64,000 bases of DNA from Lingula anatina. Its lineage: Eukaryota > Animalia > Brachiopoda. The notes under the pieces are model-generated. The model had not been told where the DNA came from and ran no database searches. It worked only from the letters and a program-made list of their open reading frames with translations. Each line of letters opens with the position of its first letter. The stretch's first letter is position 1. The stretch is taken from assembly GCA_051362555.1 (NCBI GenBank), contig CM120642.1, forward strand, positions 14,818,001 through 14,882,000, read 5' to 3'. This document shows, piece after piece, positions 47,614-62,600 of this stretch. The position numbers and the translations under genes were made by a program.

Positions 47614-50600
47614 ATGTGTCCCCAGCCAGTACAGGCCATGAGCGCGGAGTTTTACCTGGGGTCCAACAGCGACTCCGACACGCACAGTGACCACACAGGT
47701 AGATTAGCTGGGGACGCAAGTGGTGACCAACAAGACGACGGACAATTATTACAACATGGGAGTGGTCAAATTGGTCTGAAGGCTGTCATAAGCACATTAA
47801 ACGCTGGAGGGAACGGCAGTCGAGGATCTATATGGTATGAGGAGAGGCGCGGACGCACCGTCGGGAAAGGAAGAAGTCTCAGTAGCGACACGTTGCTTAG
47901 CCAAAAGGCCAACTACGTCAATGTTGACATGAGAGAGTCGGTGCTTATAGCAAACGCGCAGCGTCACTTCTATCGGACTACCTCAACACAAGAGGGACAA
48001 CAACGCTCGTACGCTGGTTACAATGACAGGTTACTCATACCACAGAACGGTCTCACAGTGGAAGACAGTAATGTTCTCATGCTAGTAGATCACACAGGTG
48101 TTAGAAAAAGTGCAGAGATAAAAACCACAGAGACACCAGGGTCTCAGCGCCCATTTGAAACCCATATGGGGGCCCAGAGTCAACACCGTGACCGGCCGTT
48201 AAGCGACAACATGAGTAAATGGGGAAATGGACACCGGTATAGCGGGGCAGTTAATAGCCATTGGTCAGGGCACTCTGATCCCAGTGACCGGGGTAGCAGC
48301 AGTGGAGAAAGGAATGGCATCAGTTATACACTCGGGAAAGGAGCAAATCTACCAAGAAACTGGACTAGTCCAGAGTTCAGCTCACTGGACAGTCCTGGGA
48401 CTGATTACAGCCAGTCTGGTGTTAATGTACTGTCAGCGAACATGAGTGAGATCGGGTCTCCCTGGTCATCGAGGGGGAGACCACGCAATGACCCACAAAT
48501 GACACTTGACGTCCACACTGAAAGGCACTCCTTCCCCAGACAATGGACAAGTCCATCTTTAAGATACGAAGACGGGTTCACAAGTCACTCGAAGATACAA
48601 AATAACAGAAAGCGCAACAAAGAATTTGATTATCTCACAGATGCTCGGGTGGCCGTTGTGAAAAACTCGGAGACACGCACTGGTGAGGGTGAAGGACATG
48701 GTGCATTCATGCGGCAGCACTCGTATGACAGCACTTTTCAAAATGTAACGTCTAACGTGGACAGAGAAAGACTCAAGGATGGGGTGCACAGGGCCACGAG
48801 GCCCACTTTAAAGCATAGTATAAGTTCAGAACCGAACTTCATGCGACCAAGGACTTACTTCACCTCCACAGGGGGCCATCCCCGAAGTCGGTCGGAGGGA
48901 TCCCGGGAAGAGGAAGAGGAGGAAGATGCAGACGATGGGGGGTTTCTCTCTTGGAGCCCCCGGGGCCGCAAAATACCACGGAACAGGCCATCGTTGCAGA
49001 GGAAAACTGGTCTCACAAAAATCACAGAAAATTTAGGACTGGTGCTATCTAATCGTAAAAAGACTTCCCATTACAGTTCAGAGTCGGATTTACAGGGATA
49101 TTACGGATATTTTACAGATGAGGATAATAAAGATGACGACGACGTTGACAATGATGATTACGGGTTTCTTAGCTCTAGCACGGGTTCGTTTACAAACCTC
49201 ACTTCTTATTCTTCTTTAGCTATGCAGAAGGAACGATCCCCAAGCACCAGTAGAAGAATTCTACCGAAGAAATGGAGAAAACAAAAACCACCATCCACTG
49301 CCAGCACCACGCAGATGTGGACGGCCGAGGTGAGTACTGTCGACCTTGAATCTGAGTAAATATTCTGATTCTAAATCAATTCTTATCGCCACCCTCCTCC
49401 CCATCCCTTCCTGTCTCGAAAAAAATCTTTTCAAATTGGTGATCATGTTCATCTTGAGTAGGCTATACATATATATTATCAATACTTTTTTTGTTATAAT
49501 GAAAGAAGTGGCCGTAGTTACAAGCTAAGTATGATAGCAGAGGTCAAAAAGATCATTAAAATCCCACGTTTGAGTATTAGAAATACAGGTAGCCTAACAA
49601 TCCATTGAGCTGTATAAATATCACCCCTTGCCAAAACTTACTGGTAATTTGTTAATTTGAGACTGAAATCATTTCAGTAAGGAATAAGGTGTCGTATTCT
49701 ACAGGTATTATACTGGCATAGCTGGGTTTATAAACAATGACAGTCTGTCAAAAAAAGCTTTTGCGTTTTCTCATTTATTTTCTAATACCTGACTCATTTA
49801 TGAATTATTTCATATGTTCTTTATTCAAAATCCGAGTCAAAAACGTACATCACTGCACAGCTGCTCTGTTTCTTCCCCATGTGCCTGTGTGCACATCTTC
49901 AGGAAGGCTCATGTTCAGTTTTATTGTGAAACCACAGACGGGATCGGAATGCTAGCGTGGTTGTGGAGAAGGCCCTCCATTGCGTCGCATATAATGAGCC
50001 AGAAAAAAGTAAACACGGAATCTGAGCCCACCGGCTTTGCTCCCTACCATGACCGTTGCGAGCAGATTAGCTGTCGTAACACCCGGCTATATAATCTTGT
50101 AGCTCCTACACAAAACAGATTTAACCCAGAATTCATGCAGGTAGTAAAGGTAAGGAATTCACGTGTGAAAGTAAACCTTTTAAACATAAAAGAAGAAAAG
50201 ATAACAAAACATCACCGCACGTGCAAACAGCCCCCAAAAAGTTAACCCTTTGTTTGCCGGGTATTAGAGCAACAGCTGAGTTCCCTTTCTTTGATTGAAT
50301 GAATGCACTAGGCTCAAATGAGGTTTGATAGTTTAAGAAACAAAACACTGTGAGCTGACAGTTTCAGGTAACACGCTTTCTGCCTAGACGCCGTATCAGT
50401 TTCTAAGGTCAGGTGTCTTTCTCTAGAGCTGTTATTCGAAACAAAACTCTGTTGAATCGAAGTGCTAGGAAAAATTACATCATGCCCTCAATGTTGGCTA
50501 TATTTACTTATCGGATCACTTTTGTTCGATATTATAACAAGCTTTCATATTGCTGCTGCATACCATACACTATTTGCATGTGGTATTATTGAAAGAATCT

Positions 50601-53600
50601 GTTTCTTTTAGAATTTAATTACTAAAATTTACCTTAGTCTGTTTGTTGGGGCCAAATTCGCAGATTAGGAAAAGCTTACAAACAAATACAAATTACATCG
50701 GCATTTGCTGTGCATGAAGAAGTGAGGAATTTTAATAGCGTTTGTTTAATGATTTTAGTCCCAAGCTAATATATCTTGGTTTCGAGATGTCAAAGCACAC
50801 TGTGGGCGGACTACCACTAAACACGGTGTCCTTAACTTCTTCTTGAGATAGGGAATCGTTTACACAGTTAAACCACTAATGGCTGACCGACACGCACGGG
50901 GGAAGGCCCCTCGTCTCCTCCATATTGCAAAAACACCTCGACAATGACTTTATAATTAATGGTTTCAGGGAAATCTCAGAGGGAATATTTTTGAAAATTG
51001 CTGCAATTACTTTAATAGCATAGGTACTAAAATACCTCAGGGTCATGGACTTATGATTTTGGAATGTTTTAACACTCCTTAAAGTTTTGATATTGGACAA
51101 TATTTACACAGCTATTGATATAATGCCATGTTGGCATATTCATAGTTTTGTCTGATGTCTAAATTTTATCTGTGGTCATCGGAAAATGATTCATTTTCTT
51201 ACACATGAGATTGGGGAGGGGGCATAATTTTAGAGAGTTGTATCGATTTTCTCTGTTCGATAAAGTCGTAAACAGCATATGTGAAATAAACTGAATAAAG
51301 AGGACATTGTATTATAAATAGGGTGGGTGGGGGTAAGGGGTGGGTGGGGAAGGGGGTGGCCCAGGAGGTGGGTACTGCCTAAATTTAAAAGATGCGTGGA
51401 CTGATATTTTCGCTGCTCGTCCTTGTAGTGCTCGTGCTCGTCAAAGGTGAAAAGTGAAACATGGGGATTTGTGAATATAGTGGACTTTTGGTCTGCCAAT
51501 ACTTATCAGAGAGTCACTGGAGGTTCATTGCACTCAAAGTACGCCAACCCATGAACCTGCCCCACTCCTAACTGAACCAGAAATGCTGTTATATTAACCC
51601 CCCAAAAACCCTTTAGTCAAGGGTAGTACTTTGAAGTTATTTCGAATATCTTTTTTTGGTATTTTATTTTCTGTCATAAACTGCTCGTTCTACTTTTTTA
51701 AAAAAATAAGTATCTGAACTGGATAATTTAATGTAAAAAGGCTATGGATTGCAAAAGGATTAAAAAGAGAGGCTATAATGACAGTGGGCTAGGGACACTA
51801 GAGTTAGGATACCATTACGACATGATGTGGAGCCCAGAATTTACCTCAATTTGATGTTACATGATGGTTAAATGCTGATGGTTTCAAACGTCGGTCAGTT
51901 GGTCAGGTAAACAATGAAACGGTCTTATGTCACAACCCTCTTTTTTACGAGTCCCAACCTAGTGTTATGTCCTAAGTTAATGTGCGTATGTTAAAAGTCT
52001 TAGGAGGCAAGACTGCAATAGAAGGCGAGTTACGTCCTATAAAGACGAAATTTGAGAAAAGATGTTGTACTCCAAAAGATGACAAACGCCGCTGCGTGTG
52101 GAAACAAAAGCGATTTTAAGGCCGCGGGTGCCGTGAAAGTGTTTGTCCCTATTTCTTGAGCTCGTTATCGATTTTGGTAAATATCTCGATCTGCATAGGC
52201 CACAGTTCGATTCTTTGAATCAATATTGATTGGGGCTGTAACCCTATACTGTCGTGTCCGGCCCCCCTGGGTCCATACTGTGCATTTGATAGCCGAGATG
52301 GCCATACACGATAAGGACTATACATTTACTGGCGTCAATAATAAAGGGTGGGTGTGGTCTGTCCGGGGAAAATGGCTCTCTGGCATGAAAGGTGTAATCA
52401 TTGTTAGGAACTGATTACATAGTCGCCTTTTCGATACAAAATTCACGATATATCTTAACTTTCTTGGTACAAGTTTAAAGAATCATAGAAAAGGCCAGTG
52501 TAAAAGCTAATTAAACAAAACAGCTGAGCAAGCGACACATTGAATATAGTCATTAGAATATAAAACTCTAGCATAGTCTCAGTTTTATTAGGGACAATTA
52601 CAACAAACACAAATAGGTGTTTTTATTCTTGATGACATTTCAAACCAAAGCATTTACCGTTTTATAGTCAAACCAGCAGGCACGGCGCATCACGTGTTGT
52701 TAAGCAGTGAAATACTAGTAGTTAAACATGTAAGGATGAATCAGCGATCCATACCTGTATCATTAAGTTCAAATTGAGGTCACCATTCTCTAATTTAACG
52801 ATTACCGTTTCCTGTGAGTTTAACAAATTCTATTAATTACAGTACGGGTGTGCAGATGCATCTTCTCTTACTCCGCACCCTCTAGCCAATACAAGAAACA
52901 CCAAATACAGTTAGACACTCAGAAAACAGGTTGGGGCCTTAAACGCGACGTAAGACGACAAAATCAATTTGCCAATTATTTGATTGCCCGAAAAAGCAGT
53001 ACAGTTCGATAATAGTTCCGATTTTACCTTGAGAGGGAGTGGGCAAAAAATACGTGAATCAGCTGATAACGTAATGATTAGATTACACAGATAAGTTCAA
53101 ATCGGTACCATGACACGTAGAAAAACTTGCCGCAGCTTGCATCGCGTCAAAACTATTTTATTCACACAACTTTGAACGTAAAAAAAAAACCCTTTTGTGT
53201 TTTACGAGGTCTTAACTATTATTTTTTCCATGCTGGCATATTATAATCACAAAGAACTTGACCATCAACTGTCCCAATGTAGGAGTTGACTATATAAACC
53301 CATCTCAACTCCTTTTATGTCCTGAAACTCTCCTTTAAAGTCGGATACACGTCTTTTTTCTTTCTTTTTTTTTACTGGAGTAAGAACCAAACTGATGATA
53401 CGCCGACCCTGCGGTTAAACACATTCCAAAATAATGATACTTGCTCTCTGCGGCTATCCATCCCGACGCTGTGTACACAATGTACTTGATGAAGTGTTAT
53501 CATAATATTTGCAGCAAGGCTGAATTCGTGACTTTCATAGCTTTTTGCTGTCGATATGAAAAATAGAATACATATTAATAACAAAACGAAAAAAACATTT

Positions 53601-56600
53601 TAAGAAGATTGCATTTGTATCATGTCAAATTTATGGCAGTTTCCCAGTTTCTTTTTCTTGAAATATTGGATCTCAACAAACAACAAATGTGAGAAAAAAG
53701 TCTATATACCAACATTGTAGTTTATTTTATAACTTTATCATTGTTTGGCTATAATTCCAATAAATGAACATACGGTAGTTGAGCGATATTACTACTGCAA
53801 CGAACACTGGCAATATTGTAAATACCACCGTGCAGCAAATACGGCATCATGTTTATATACACCAATTAATCAGTACACCCAAGCCTAATAGTTCTAACTC
53901 TATGAAAAGTGACATGAAAATAGAGTTCACAAGAGTTCACTTCCAGCATGCAATTCTTCATTTGGTGGGTCCCAGCGTCTGTTGTAATTATTCTGTCACC
54001 GCTATTAAGTGTTGTGATCCCAGCCTGTTGGGTATATCTTATTATACCCATTACATGACGGAATAGATCCTGTTCCAATTTATAGTAATTGTACTTACAT
54101 AGTGTATAACAGCTGTCAGCTGACAACACTTGTCTGTGAACCCACAAGTTAAAATTCTATTCAAGTCTTATGAAAATATGAAGTATGAAATTTCAAAATA
54201 TTTGTATAAAATTCTTAGACAAATGTGCTTAAGGACGTAACTCCTTCCTGCGACGAATAGCACGCTTTATTCATCCAAGCTCCTTCAGGCTACTTGGTAA
54301 TAAAATTAAATTTTTCATGTTCATTTTTGAAGGGCTTGACAAACCTTGATTTCAAAGTGACACTCTGGAAATAAATGGTATACAATCAGAAATAGGTCTT
54401 TATAAACCGACGCATACCACACTGTTGACTTGGGAGGGCTGCACAGTTGGGTAATTTCTAAGCAAACCGCATGGTTCAAGTCTAATTCAATGATAATGTC
54501 AGCGGGGTCTTATTTCAGCAATAAAACATGCAATTGTACGTTTTGACAGATATGTGTGTATCACATGCACATACAGCGAATTTAAGAGTTCTTAAGTATG
54601 GATAACAGTACGTAAATCATACATCGGCTTACCATTATTGCCCACCTTGTTTCTGCATATGCCAAGTGCACTGGCGAAGTTTCTGAGGGGATTGGCAAGT
54701 TTTCAAATGGTCCTATAGCCTCTGTTCTTCTTTTCACCCTGGCTGATTCTCTGAACTTTCAAGTCTCCTTGGGTATAATTTGCTTTGGATCTCTTTAGTT
54801 GGTGCCTGGTCGCTCGACTGAACCTTCCAGGGGTTTGTGTGTTTATGGAGTCAGAAGGGTATGAACAATTTTCTGTACTGTTCCACCAGTTATCCTTCAA
54901 TTAGCTCTTCACGGAAAGGTACTTAATTTAATCATGTTGACTGCCACCTGGTCAGTAGTGAAATGTTTGGTTGGCCATATAACCACATGCGGTAAGGTAA
55001 AAACCAATTTGCTGTCTACCCCAAACTTTGGTGTACACATATATACACGTGTTGTCTACCAGTATTATCAGTTGGCATGCCATCACAGTATCATACGTCT
55101 CTGGTGAGTTCTATGCATTTTGATGAAATTATATTTCTTCGCATAACAGAACAGAATCTGTTCATTTCATTTGGCAGCCTTGAAAATAATTTACAAAACA
55201 AAAGCACACATTTTACATAATTTTCTGTACAGAATTTTGAACATCTTAAATCTCAGGAAGTCAGAGTACATCCACCCCTGCAAAAGGTCTGCAGCTGGAA
55301 TCTCAGTGGTAATTACTCACTACAGTCAAACAAAATTGGTATATCGATCGTGTTTCCCAAAACCATATTTTTTAGAACTCCTTGAAAAAGATGATAACAA
55401 ATTTTTGAAAAGCAAGCTGTGTTTAAGTCAGAAATTATGTTTTTGTGAGTAGTTATTAAAAACAGTCATCTATATTGGACAAAGTATGGTGTTTGAAATT
55501 TGGGAGCAATTACCTTATTTCTATTTATTATTATTTTTTTTTTTTTTGGGGGGGGGGGGGGGGGGAGAGGGGTATAGGTGCAAAGGAACTCCCAGCATCA
55601 CAACCATAGGACAACAACCCTTCGCTTGTCAAAAGAAATATGAACCCATAATTACTATCTGTCCAACTCGTTGTAGTTAAAATTAGGTCATTCAAAAAAA
55701 AAATTTTTTTTGATATCATACCCTTAGTGTTGACATATGAGTGAAGTGGGATAAAACCCTGGGAGGGGTGCAATTAAGTAAAAATAAAGATGTTAAAAGG
55801 GTAGTTTTAGATCAGCTGCATAGATAAGTAATGGTGGATGCTCTATTTTTTTTTTTTTTACAAATGATGTGTAGAGGGTAGGATTTGTTAATATAAAATG
55901 CTTCCATAACAAACCTTTCAAAATGCACACAGGTTTTTTGATACTTCTGTTTACAACTTTTCAATAACTCAAAAAAAAAAAAAAAAGAAGTAAATTGATA
56001 TAGAATGTGCAAACCCAGTGCAACACTCAATCTTCAAGGCACTTACAGCTTGTGGTGAAGTCTGTCTCTAAACATTTACACAAGGCAAACTCCTAAATGC
56101 TTGCAGTGTACAAAGGTGTTCCTCAAACACTTCAAAGTAAAACAGAAGATTGAATTTTTAACAGATTAATCAAAATAGATATAAACAATGACAATACGCT
56201 TTTATGGGAATGTTTGCAAAGTAAAGCTATAATACTTCAGTGAATAACATTTTGTTCTATTTTCTAGGGTACAAAAGTAACTCTGACAGCTGAGTGTTTC
56301 TTATCTTGCCTCGTAATTGAATTGCTTAAGAAATGTTATTTGGTGTGCCATGTCTTTGTGGGAGTAACATGTACTTTTACGAGCTTGCTGGTCTCTGTTG
56401 AACAAAGTGTTATGGAGCACTTTGCAAAAATACACGATATATGAAAGACACCATACTGCACAAGTCATTTTTTATGCACATATTTTATGTTCATATTGCC
56501 GTCGCCTGTGTTCCAACTAATACTTTACTAAAACATTCTGATTGGTTTTAAAAATTGAAAGGTGGAAATACTTTGTTCACTCTGGGTCACTCCCAAAGAA

Positions 56601-59600
56601 ATTTTGAAAATTTTAGTTTTAGATGCACAGTTTTTTTATTCCTGAGATGGAGTTTTCTCCATTTTTGGAAGGCCAAGGGATCTTATTTTTGAAGATGAAA
56701 GAAAGAAAAGTGGAATTGCAGCTCTCAATGAGAGTAAAAATAATAATTGCGTAGCATGCCATTGGATTTGAGGGCCTTCAAAAATTCTCACATAAAGTAT
56801 CAATTTTGCATCATACAAGGAACCATAAAGTATATTACAGTTGTAATCCCCGCTGTGATTTGCGCACTTTGAAATTCCCCAATGACATTCCCATCAAACA
56901 TGCTAGTATTGATGGATTTGAACAAGGAAGTCTTCTGTGCCTGGTGGCCAGAGGGGGCGATTTTTGCAAATTTCAAGGTAACTTCCTTGAACCTAACTGA
57001 AAGGTTATAGCTACGGTTAATTAAGATAAGTGAGTTTGGAGGATATCAGTGATCATATCACTTTAGTTCTCTCTAAGTACACTAAGTTGTTGACCTCCCC
57101 TGTATTTGAAGAATGTGTAAGGAATGAAATGGCTGAAACAAATACCTGAGCATACATTGTTTTAACTTATTAAAGATACAAATTGTGAAAATAAAGGTAT
57201 TTATTGATTTTTTTGTTTAGGTATTAAACACATATATCCCAATTTCTGTATGTGTGAATATATGATAGGTCCTGGTTGATGCAAAACTAATAAACTAACA
57301 CTAAAAAGTAAAAAGGTAGTGTGTAAATTGGAATCTTATGTTAAAGAAGCTAAGGAAAAGAAAAAGAAATTAAGAGCAAGACATTAAGACAGCCTTAACA
57401 TGTTTAACTTCAACTTTATTAAGACCAGTGCATTCTGCGCTGACACTTGTAGCAGGCAGTGCGCTTCTAAGTGCAGAAAAGACAATACGTTTATGCACTG
57501 TGTGACTTCACACCACTGCTATTTAAACTAGTAGGCATCTGTTGACAAAGTCAGTCTGGCCTTTGCCAATAAACTTCCTGAAATTCAGCCTTTTTCTGTG
57601 ACTGCAGGGACTGCACTTAACCTGCCTCAATTTTCTACAATTAAAATCACTTGGTAAGAAATTAACTAAATTGGACACATGCCAGTAGAAGTCACCCTCA
57701 GTGATACAAGTGAAATCCGTAAAAATAAGCCAAATACATAGCTGGATTAATAAGGCTGCATGTCAAAGGCTAAAATTTATATTCAAAATGTTTACATTTT
57801 AATTCTGATATCATTCTCCTGTGCAAAGTTGCACAATTTTTCAACTCACTTTAGCAGTCAACAAATGTAACACAGCCCAACTTTTATCTTATTATTATAT
57901 GAGGATCGCAGGCACCAAAACCAGCATAACAATTTAAAAAATGCACATTCTCACTCTTGCCAAACCAAAATGGCTCATTTTCATTAAACTAAGAAAATAA
58001 GGGTGATCATTTACTTTGGTAATGATGATCTCTTTGATGCCAATACAAGGGGGTCAAGTTCAGAAAGCACCCAGAAATCGGGGGAAATAACTCCAGCTGG
58101 TTCCTTGATGTGAATTCTTCGACTAATTCCATTACCCTTGCCGTGGGTTGATTGTAATTGACAGTGTCTTGGGAAGTTTTTAAAACAAGGCACTTACTGA
58201 CCCATGAGTAGATTAGAGGTAAATTTACAAGGTAAATGAGAGGTCCCCAGTGCACACAGTCACTCAGTGCCGCTGATGTCAGAGCAGCACCTTCTGCTGT
58301 GCTATCACTTTCATGCTGCGGCAGGTATAAAACTGGTGGCAGGCCTCAGCCTTCAGGCACAATTAGCTGGAGTTGAGAGCAAGAAGGAAAGAGAGTGAGA
58401 AACAAAGATAGAGAGATATTCACAATGATGGATTGCTGAAGCAAGTTATACTTGACTTGTGAATTCTCAGAATACGTAAGGTTCCAGAAACAGTGATGCA
58501 GAACTTCTAGGAATTGTTATTGCCTGGATTGTTCTCTTGGCATTTTGTGATTAGGAAAAGAGCCACAGATAATCTCAAACTCTGCAACATTGCAGGTTTT
58601 CATTAAGATTGCAATAACTGGAAGCAGATGATCAATGTATTTGAAACCATTTTTTAAAAATGATATTGACATGTGGGCAATTTGCTGACAGCCATTCCAT
58701 GACTTCTCAATTTTCTTAAGTTGTGTAAGATTCTTTCTGAAGCCTTTGGTCTGGCTCACATAAGGTTAGGACACAGAGTTAAGCTTGGTGTTACCTTGTT
58801 CCTTCCACACGAGAAGTTTTCCTGATCTGCAGTCTCCAATCATCTGGAACATATTCTACACAGAGCAATAGCTTCAGGTGCTATACCAGGAGTACCTCCT
58901 GTGAAAGAAGAAAAAAAGAACTGAAAACGTTGTAGTTTCACAAGCTGTATCAAAGAACCAAGAGGCTTTTAAAGTTGATAAGACACTTAGATTTTCTAGT
59001 CAAACCTGTAAACATAACTAAAAAATAGAAGAAAATGTTGATATTTTCAAGGAAAAAGTCATCATGCAATGGCAGAAACTGGAAGGCAATGGTAAGAGAA
59101 AGAAGTCTAGATACCTGATCTGATAAAAACTTTGATGAGTGCTGCTTTTCAAATTACTCATAACATTTGAGAACATCTCCATAACTTTGCTGTCAGGGTG
59201 TTGTTGGGTGATATGTTTACCTTGGGTACAAATTTAGAGGAAGTGCGATCATGCCCTTCAAATTTCTGTCTGCTTAAAAACACCTACTTTCTTGTAAATG
59301 TAAAACTTGATTTTCATCAATCTCCTTTGCACCATGTTTTGGAAATTTCCTAAATCCAAACACTTCACTAAATTTTCATTTAACGTCATGAGTTGATGAA
59401 GGCAGGTATAAAAACTGCCATCTATCTTTCCACTTCATATTGTGGCTGAATCTCCAGGTAAGTTGTATCGGGGAAACCTTTGGGCTGAGTGATTGTTGAG
59501 AGTTGAACTCATAAAAAAATGTAGTTTAACCAAAAGACAGATACTTTCCTGTATAAACTGATAGACGTGTATATTCTATGGATGATATTATGAGGTCATT

Positions 59601-62600
59601 TTTTAATAGGATGAGTACATGTAATTGAAAGGTGCTGAAAATAACACTTTCTATATATTGCAAAAAATGCTCAGGTGAGATAATTCAAAATTAACCTAAA
59701 ATTAACTTAATAACGATATTTACTAAGTCATTTTCATGGGATATCCATGCAGTGTGTCATATGATTTCCATAACCCTGTGACCCGAGAAATGAGCTATTA
59801 GTTAAATATGTATATGGCTAATTTAACCTTCAATCTTGCATGCCTTGGTGCTGATGTATGTGAAATAACTGTGATACTGCTCACTAATTACCTGTCTCAG
59901 TCACATTGGTGAGGATGGGGTGCAATTTCTTACTTAAGAGGTGGACAGAGTGTATTTAGTGCAGTCCCCCCAGTGAACGTTAGTGACCACGTGCACTGAT
60001 GAGGGCGTAATCTCTTATGAGTCTTTTTGTCTCAATTGCTGCAAGGGGTCGCTGGTCTTTTCCAGATATACAAGGATGTTCTTAGTATGCTCACTTTATG
60101 AAACAGTTTTTTTTACAAAAACGAGTGCAGGTCTGGATATATTGTGAACACACATCACGTGATTAGGACCACATTCTCAGCATTTCAGTATTCTGGCTGA
60201 TGGACTAAAAGCATATGACATACCAGTACTTGAGTTGGGGCTAAGTCAGCTTCCAGTTTAAGGCAGTTTTAATTACTTGATAAACACCATTAGCTGCATG
60301 GGTAGCTTTTTAAAATTCTAGACCTGTAGCTGAAGTAAGAAATAATTATCTGACATTAAGTTCCAACCTTATACAGGCATTTGACAAAAGTTAACTGTCT
60401 ACATGGTCATCACAACAGTATTTGGTAGTCAAATTATGGTGGTACAAACTTTTAAAACAGACATTTAAAAGACAGATATCCAGTGCTTAAATCAAACAAA
60501 TAAAAAAAAAAATCATTCATTTGTCTCTGCTGATAAAAAATTACTGTACTGTATATTTGATATGTCTACCATACAAATTAAATATCTTCATTCGTTTTAT
60601 CACAGGGCAACTGTACATGGTGCAGTATGAGTGGAAGAAAAGTGGTGCTGACCCCCACCAACCTTCTGTCCCTATCGGATAAAGAATGGTCAGCTCTACA
60701 GAAGATAGCGCTAGCCAAGTTACAAGGGATGAATCTAGGCTGTCCTATAGCTATACCAAAAGGTAAGTCTAGAAGTGTGGAAATCTTTTGTCTTAACCAG
60801 AAAGTAATTAGATTATAATTTAGGTGGTTCAAAGTTTTTCCAAAGATCATAACTGAAGGAAAAATTAACAGATAGGGGAAAAAAAGAAAATCTTGACCAG
60901 TGTGAAATATATGTATACATTGTATTATAGTTTACATATATTTACTTCTCTCAGCACTAGTTGATGCTAGGTTAAAAGTGAGGAATTGATAAATATAGGC
61001 CAAAATTTGACATTTATCTCGCTGCATGATCCTAAAGGAATGGCACTTGAAATCCATAGTGAAGTACATGTTTCCTGCTATGGCGTTAGTACCTTCAGGA
61101 AAGAAACAACTTTAGAAATATGTTTCTTCTGGTGACTTCATACTTGTGTAGTATCTATATATAGGGAAGAAATCACTTAAAAATATGTTCCCTTGAGGTA
61201 AATCAGTATCATTAGGAAAAGAAACGACTTCAGAAACTTTGTGGTCCTCCTGTATCCACCCACCCACTCATTCTCAGATGCTGAGTCAAGGATTAGAATG
61301 ATGGATTAAAATTGGGCTCAGGATGGAGGATGGCATACATAAAGGAGTGTGTGGGATTGTGTGGGATTACAAATGCAAATATATCAGATATTTTGAGGAT
61401 TTTAGGCTTATTTGATCATATAGCTTTAATTAGGTGACATTAAACTTGCTTTGAATCTAAATTATTCACATACTGAATTTATTTTTGCAATTAATATGTT
61501 GGGCAAAACACCAACCATTCTTAAGTATTGGATTCATCACTGCAAATAGACATGGACACAAATTTTCTACCATTGCTCAATCTGACAGTACTTCATTCGA
61601 AAGAAATGAAAAATTCAGTGGTGTTGATTTACATCAAATATTACTTTCCTTCATAGTCTGTCATACTGAAATCATATAGCTATAAAAACTTTAATCTCAA
61701 ATGATCTAATGAATTTTGTCTTTAAATGTGCCAATATATGCCAAAATGCATATGGGACATACATGCTTTTTATATAAAAATTTGTTACTCATTATGTATG
61801 TCATATGTCATAAAGCCTTTGTAATAAATACACTTGAACATTATTTCATCTTTAAAAAAATCAACAAGGCAAAAAAGAAAGATTAAGCAGTTTTGCCCTT
61901 CAGACCACCAAAAGAGTAAAGGTTAAATCAATTCCCAGCCTTTCTGTCTGTAAGAGATAAAAACTCCACTTCATTTATCACTCAAAAAAGACCTGGTCAC
62001 TTCTCAGTCCTATGTTATTATTGGCACAGAATGCCTTTGCTATATATATATATATATATTCATGTTTTGGGCCCTTGTCAGTCTTATGGCAGGTCTGGGT
62101 TTAAATGTAGAAGGTCACAGATTTTTTTCCCTTGCTTGGCTTTCCTCATCCTAAAAAGTCCTCTTGATCCTCACAGTCCTCACAGTCCTCAGTGTTATTG
62201 CATATCTTTGCTGGGTGGAAGTAAAGTTACTGGCATGCATGTACCCACTATGAACCTCAAGGTGGCAAGTCTACATGTCTACATACTGGTACAACTGGAA
62301 AAAAAAAAAAGAATAATAGTGGTAATATTAATGAATAATAATGAAAGAAAATTGATATTCCATAGATAGGACATCCGCCTTTGCCCCCCTGCCTTGCTTT
62401 TGCATGTATCTTTCTTCACCTGTAATTTGCACACAGCTGTGGAATAAAAAGAAAGGTGTTTATGTTTACATTGAGGTTTTCGTTCTCACCTGTTCAATAC
62501 AAGGTTATGGACAGATAAAATCAGGTTTAGATCAGCATACACAATCATTGCTTTCTTACTTATCACTCTGGTAGAAGGAAGTATTCTGGAGTCGACAGAT

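Noticed and set aside
49330-60605. Nested gene in the large ARHGAP6-like intron (by analogy with vertebrate AMELX)
   Set aside because: The short ORFs (e.g. 49814-50245, 53779-54066) show no recognisable motifs, signal peptide or consistent exon chain.
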